Shown piece by piece: positions 59,170 to 64,000 of a DNA stretch of 64,000 nucleotides. Origin of the DNA: Eledone cirrhosa (taxonomy: Eukaryota); NCBI GenBank assembly GCA_964016885.1, contig OZ024742.1, positions 204,414,001 to 204,478,000 on the forward strand, given 5' to 3'. The first letter of the stretch is position 1. Each line of letters starts with the position of its first letter. The notes beneath the pieces are model-generated. The model worked only from the letters and a program-made list of their open reading frames with translations, was not told where the DNA came from and did not search any database. The translations under genes were made by a program, and so were the position numbers.

Positions 59170-62100
59170 GTTATGTATTGGTGTACTGTCACTGGTGTAA
59201 TGACTGTTATGTATTGGTGTACTGTCACTGGTGTAATGACTGTTATGTATTGGTGTACTGTCACTGACTGGTGTAATGACTGTTATGTATTGGTGTACTG
59301 TCACTGGTGTAATCACTGTTATGTATTGGTGTACTGTCACTGACTGGTGTAATGACTGTTATATATTGGTGTACTGTCTCTGACTGGTGTAATGACTGTT
59401 ATGTATTGGTGTACTGTCACTGACTGGTGTAATGACTGTTATGTATTGGTGTACTGTCACTGACTGGTGTAATGACTGTTATATATTGGTGTACTGTCTC
59501 TGACTGGTGTAATGACTGTTATGTATTGGTGTACTGTCACTGACAGGTGTAATGACTGTTATGTATTGGTGTACTGTCACTGACTGGTGTAATGACTATT
59601 ATATTTTGGTGTACTGTCTCTGACTGGTGTAATGACTGTTATGTATTGGTGTACTGTCACTGACTGGTGTAATGACTGTTATGTATTGGTGTACTGTCAC
59701 TGGTGTAATGACTGTTATGTATTGGTGTACTGTCACTGGTGTAATGACTGTTATGTATTGGTGTACTGTCACTGACTGGTGTAATGACTGTTATGTATTG
59801 GTGTACTGTCTCTGACTGGTGTAATGACCGTTATGTATTGGTGTACTGTCACTGGTGTAATGACTGTTATATATTGGTGTACTGACACTGGTGTAATGAC
59901 TGTTATGTATTGGTGTACTGTATCTGGTGTAATGACTGTTATGTATTGGTGTACTGTCTCTGCTGTAATGACTGTTATGTATTGGTGTACAGTCACTGAC
60001 TGGTGTAATGACTGTTATGTATTGGTGTACTGTCACTGGTGTAATGACTGTTATGTATTGGTGTACTGTCACTGGTGTAATGACAGTTATGTATTGGTGT
60101 ACTGTCACTGGTGTAATGACTGTTATGTATTGGTGTACTGTCACTGGTGTAATGACTGTTATGTATTGGTGTACTGTCACTGACTGGTGTAATGACTGTT
60201 ATGTATTGGTGTACTGTCACTGGTGTAATGACAGTTATGTATTGGTGTACTGTCACAGACTAGTTTAATGACTAGTATGTATTGGTGTACTGTCACTGGT
60301 GTAATGACAGTTATGTATTGGTGTACTGAAACAGACTAGTTTAATGACTGTTATGTATTGGTGTACTGTCACTGACTGTTGTAATGACTGTTATGTATTG
60401 GTGTATTGTCACTGACTAGTTTAATGACTGTTATGTATTGGTGTACTGTCACTGACTGGTGTAATGACTGTTATGTATTGGTGTACTGTCACTGGTGTAA
60501 TGACTGTTATGTATTAGTGTACTGTCACTGGCGTAATGACTGTTATGTATTGGTGTACTGTCACAGACTGGTGTAATGACTGTTATGTATTGGTGTACTG
60601 TCACTGGTGTAATGTCAGTTATGCATTGGTGTACTGTCTCTGGTGTAATGACTGTTATGTATTGGTGTACTGTCACTGGTGTAATGGCTGTTATGTATTG
60701 GTGTACTGTCACTGGTGTAATGACTATTATGTATTGGTGTACTATCACTGGTGTAATGACTGTTATGTATTGGCGTACTGTCACTGGTGTAATGACTGTT
60801 ATGTATTGGTGTACTGTCACTGGTGTAATGACTGTTATGTATTGGTGTACTGTCACTGGTGTAATGACTGTTATGTATTGGTGTACTGTCACTGACTGGT
60901 GTAATGACTGTTATGTATTGGTGTATTGTCTCTGGTGTAATGACTGTTATGTATTGGTGTACTGTCACTGACTGGTGTAATGACTGTTATGTATTGGTGT
61001 ACTGTCACTGCTGTAATGACTGTTATGTATTGGTGTACTGTCACTGGTGTAATGACTGTTATGTATTTGTGTACTGTCACTGGTGAAATGACTGTTATGT
61101 ATTGGTGTACTGTCTCTGGTGTAATGACTGTTATTTATTGGTGTACTGTCACTGGTGTAATGAATGTTATGTATTGGTGTACTGTCACTGACTGGTGTAA
61201 TGACTGTTATGTATTGGTGTACTGTCACTGACTGGTGTAATGACTGTGATGTATTGGTGTACTGTCACTGGTGTAATGACAGTTATGTATTGGTGTACTG
61301 ACACAGACTAGTTTAATGACTATTATGTATTGGTGTACTGTCACTGGTGTAATGACAGTTATGTATTGGTGTACTGTCACTGACTGGTGCAATGACTGTT
61401 ATGTATTGGTGTACTGTCACTGACTGGTGTAATGACTGTTATGTATTGGTGTACTGTCACTGACTGGTGTAATGACTGTTACGTATTGGTGTATTGTCTC
61501 TGGTGTAATGACTGGTATGTATTGGTGTACTGTCTCTGCTGTAATGACTGTTATGTTTTGGTGTACTGTCACTGACTGGTGTAATGACTGTTATATATTG
61601 GTGTACTGTCTCTGACTGGTGTAATGACTGTTATGTATTGGTGTACTGTCACTGACTGGTGTAATGACTGTTATGTATTGGTGTACTGTCTCTGACTGGT
61701 GTAATGACTGTTATGTATTGGTGTACTGTGACTGGTGTAATGACTGTTATGTATTGGTGTACTGTCACTGACTGGTGTAATGACTGTTATGTATTGGTGT
61801 ACTGTCACTGGTGTAATCACTGTTATGTATTGGTGTACTGTCACTGACTGGTGTAATGACTGTTATGTATTGGTGTACTGTCACTGGTGTAATGACTGTT
61901 ATGTATTGGTGTACTGTCACTGGTGTAATGACTGTTATGTATTGGTGTACTGTCACTGACTGGTGTAATGACTGTTATGTATTGGTGTACTGTCACTGGT
62001 GTAATCACTGTTATGTATTGGTGTACTGTCACTGACTGGTGTAATGACTGTTATATATTGGTGTACTGTCTCTGACTGGTGTAATGACTGTTATGTATTG

Positions 62101-64000
62101 GTGTACTGTCACTGACTGGTGTAATGACTGTTATGTATTGGTGTACTGTCACTGACTGGTGTAATGACTGTTATATATTGGTGTACTGTCTCTGACTGGT
62201 GTAATGACTGTTATGTATTGGTGTACTGTCACTGACAGGTGTAATGACTGTTATGTATTGGTGTACTGTCACTGACTGGTGTAATGACTATTATATTTTG
62301 GTGTACTGTCTCTGACTGGTGTAATGACTGTTATGTATTGGTGTACTGTCACTGACTGGTGTAATGACTGTTATGTATTGGTGTACTGTCACTGGTGTAA
62401 TGACTGTTATGTATTGGTGTACTGTCACTGGTGTAATGACTGTTATGTATTGGTGTACTGTCACTGACTGGTGTAATGACTGTTATGTATTGGTGTACTG
62501 TCTCTGACTGGTGTAATGACCGTTATGTATTGGTGTACTGTCACTGGTGTAATGACTGTTATATATTGGTGTACTGACACTGGTGTAATGACTGTTATGT
62601 ATTGGTGTACTGTATCTGGTGTAATGACTGTTATGTATTGGTGTACTGTCTCTGCTGTAATGACTGTTATGTATTGGTGTACAGTCACTGACTGGTGTAA
62701 TGACTGTTATGTATTGGTGTACTGTCACTGGTGTAATGACTGTTATGTATTGGTGTACTGTCACTGGTGTAATGACAGTTATGTATTGGTGTACTGTCAC
62801 TGGTGTAATGACTGTTATGTATTGGTGTACTGTCACTGGTGTAATGACTGTTATGTATTGGTGTACTGTCACTGACTGGTGTAATGACTGTTATGTATTG
62901 GTGTACTGTCACTGGTGTAATGACAGTTATGTATTGGTGTACTGTCACAGACTAGTTTAATGACTAGTATGTATTGGTGTACTGTCACTGGTGTAATGAC
63001 AGTTATGTATTGGTGTACTGAAACAGACTAGTTTAATGACTGTTATGTATTGGTGTACTGTCACTGACTGTTGTAATGACTGTTATGTATTGGTGTATTG
63101 TCACTGACTAGTTTAATGACTGTTATGTATTGGTGTACTGTCACTGACTGGTGTAATGACTGTTATGTATTGGTGTACTGTCACTGGTGTAATGACTGTT
63201 ATGTATTAGTGTACTGTCACTGGCGTAATGACTGTTATGTATTGGTGTACTGTCACAGACTGGTGTAATGACTGTTATGTATTGGTGTACTGTCACTGGT
63301 GTAATGTCAGTTATGCATTGGTGTACTGTCTCTGGTGTAATGACTGTTATGTATTGGTGTACTGTCACTGGTGTAATGGCTGTTATGTATTGGTGTACTG
63401 TCACTGGTGTAATGACTATTATGTATTGGTGTACTATCACTGGTGTAATGACTGTTATGTATTGGCGTACTGTCACTGGTGTAATGACTGTTATGTATTG
63501 GTGTACTGTCACTGGTGTAATGACTGTTATGTATTGGTGTACTGTCACTGGTGTAATGACTGTTATGTATTGGTGTACTGTCACTGACTGGTGTAATGAC
63601 TGTTATGTATTGGTGTATTGTCTCTGGTGTAATGACTGTTATGTATTGGTGTACTGTCACTGACTGGTGTAATGACTGTTATGTATTGGTGTACTGTCAC
63701 TGCTGTAATGACTGTTATGTATTGGTGTACTGTCACTGGTGTAATGACTGTTATGTATTTGTGTACTGTCACTGGTGAAATGACTGTTATGTATTGGTGT
63801 ACTGTCTCTGGTGTAATGACTGTTATTTATTGGTGTACTGTCACTGGTGTAATGAATGTTATGTATTGGTGTACTGTCACTGACTGGTGTAATGACTGTT
63901 ATGTATTGGTGTACTGTCACTGACTGGTGTAATGACTGTGATGTATTGGTGTACTGTCACTGGTGTAATGACAGTTATGTATTGGTGTACTGATACAGAC
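59170..64000 (+). repeat. Near-identical tandem higher-order duplication, period 2692 bp (second copy cut by the window end)
   Basis: Identical ORF translations at offset 2692 (59769->62461, 60449->63141, 60965->63657). The AATCACTG variant lies at 59311 and 62003. Confidence 0.93.

Larger units (their letters stand above)
1..64000 (+). repeat. Tandem satellite/minisatellite array of mixed 36-bp (GGTGTAATGACTGTTATGTATTGGTGTACTGTCACT) and 40-bp (+GACT) monomers, running off both window ends
   Basis: Every line of the sequence consists of this monomer with few substitutions per copy. I saw no spacer, inversion or foreign insertion. The ORF track shows only the 12-aa periodic translations of the monomer (MTVMYWCTVTGV, WCNDCYVLVYCH, TVHQYITVITPV, DSTPIHNSHYTS). 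Confidence 0.99.

Noticed and set aside
116-63923. Hundreds of 60-147 aa ORFs on both strands (Cys/Trp/Tyr-rich WCNDCYVLVYCH, Thr/Val-rich TVHQYITVITPV, Ser/Thr/His-rich DSTPIHNSHYTS)
   Set aside because: The 36-mer is a multiple of 3 and is open in four of six frames. Each 40-mer shifts the frame, so ORFs end after a few 40-mers. They overlap on both strands, have no unique N- or C-terminal domain, and frameshifting monomers are abundant, so there is no sign of coding constraint.
1-64000. CRISPR array (36-bp repeat length)
   Set aside because: The repeats abut directly with no unique spacers, and there is no leader or cas gene.
1-64000. Programmed frameshift, phase-variation or antigenic-variation cassette system encoded by the 36/40 pattern
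   Set aside because: No expression site, promoter, recombinase, reverse transcriptase or conserved flanking gene is present in the window. Ordinary tandem duplication explains the pattern.
1-64000. Canonical telomerase-synthesised telomere tract or G-quadruplex array
   Set aside because: There are no TTAGGG-type repeats and the consensus has only GG runs. Kb-scale inherited variant blocks indicate recombinational copying. Only a speculative telomere-associated role is retained as a finding.
1-64000. Embedded transposon, tRNA/rRNA or inversion
   Set aside because: On reading through I saw no non-monomer sequence and no reverse-orientation monomers.
1-64000. Pure sequencing artefact (rolling-circle or concatemer read)
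   Set aside because: Variants are shared in a nested, tree-like way at many different periods, which is not expected from random errors on one template. Individual near-identical duplications could still be mis-assembled.

Overview
The whole 64-kb window is one uninterrupted, head-to-tail, single-orientation tandem array (minisatellite or satellite DNA). It is built from two interspersed monomer lengths: 36 bp GGTGTAATGACTGTTATGTATTGGTGTACTGTCACT and 40 bp, which is the same sequence plus GACT. There are roughly 1,650-1,700 monomers (estimated from length), about 39-40% GC, with a strongly G+T-rich top strand and no CpG in the consensus. I found no supportable gene, RNA gene, transposon, CRISPR array or unique sequence, and all listed ORFs are translations of the monomer. 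The real information lies in the monomer variants, which mark nested higher-order duplications with periods of 120 bp, 478 bp, about 1.5, 1.7, 2.7, 3.1-3.9, 5.3 and 8.7 kb. These form position-restricted layers that record local expansion. The array most likely comes from a eukaryotic heterochromatic or subtelomeric region (inference); the organism cannot be identified from this sequence. I cannot support a novel protein-coding system here. Higher-order block boundaries are approximate (about +/-1-3 monomers).
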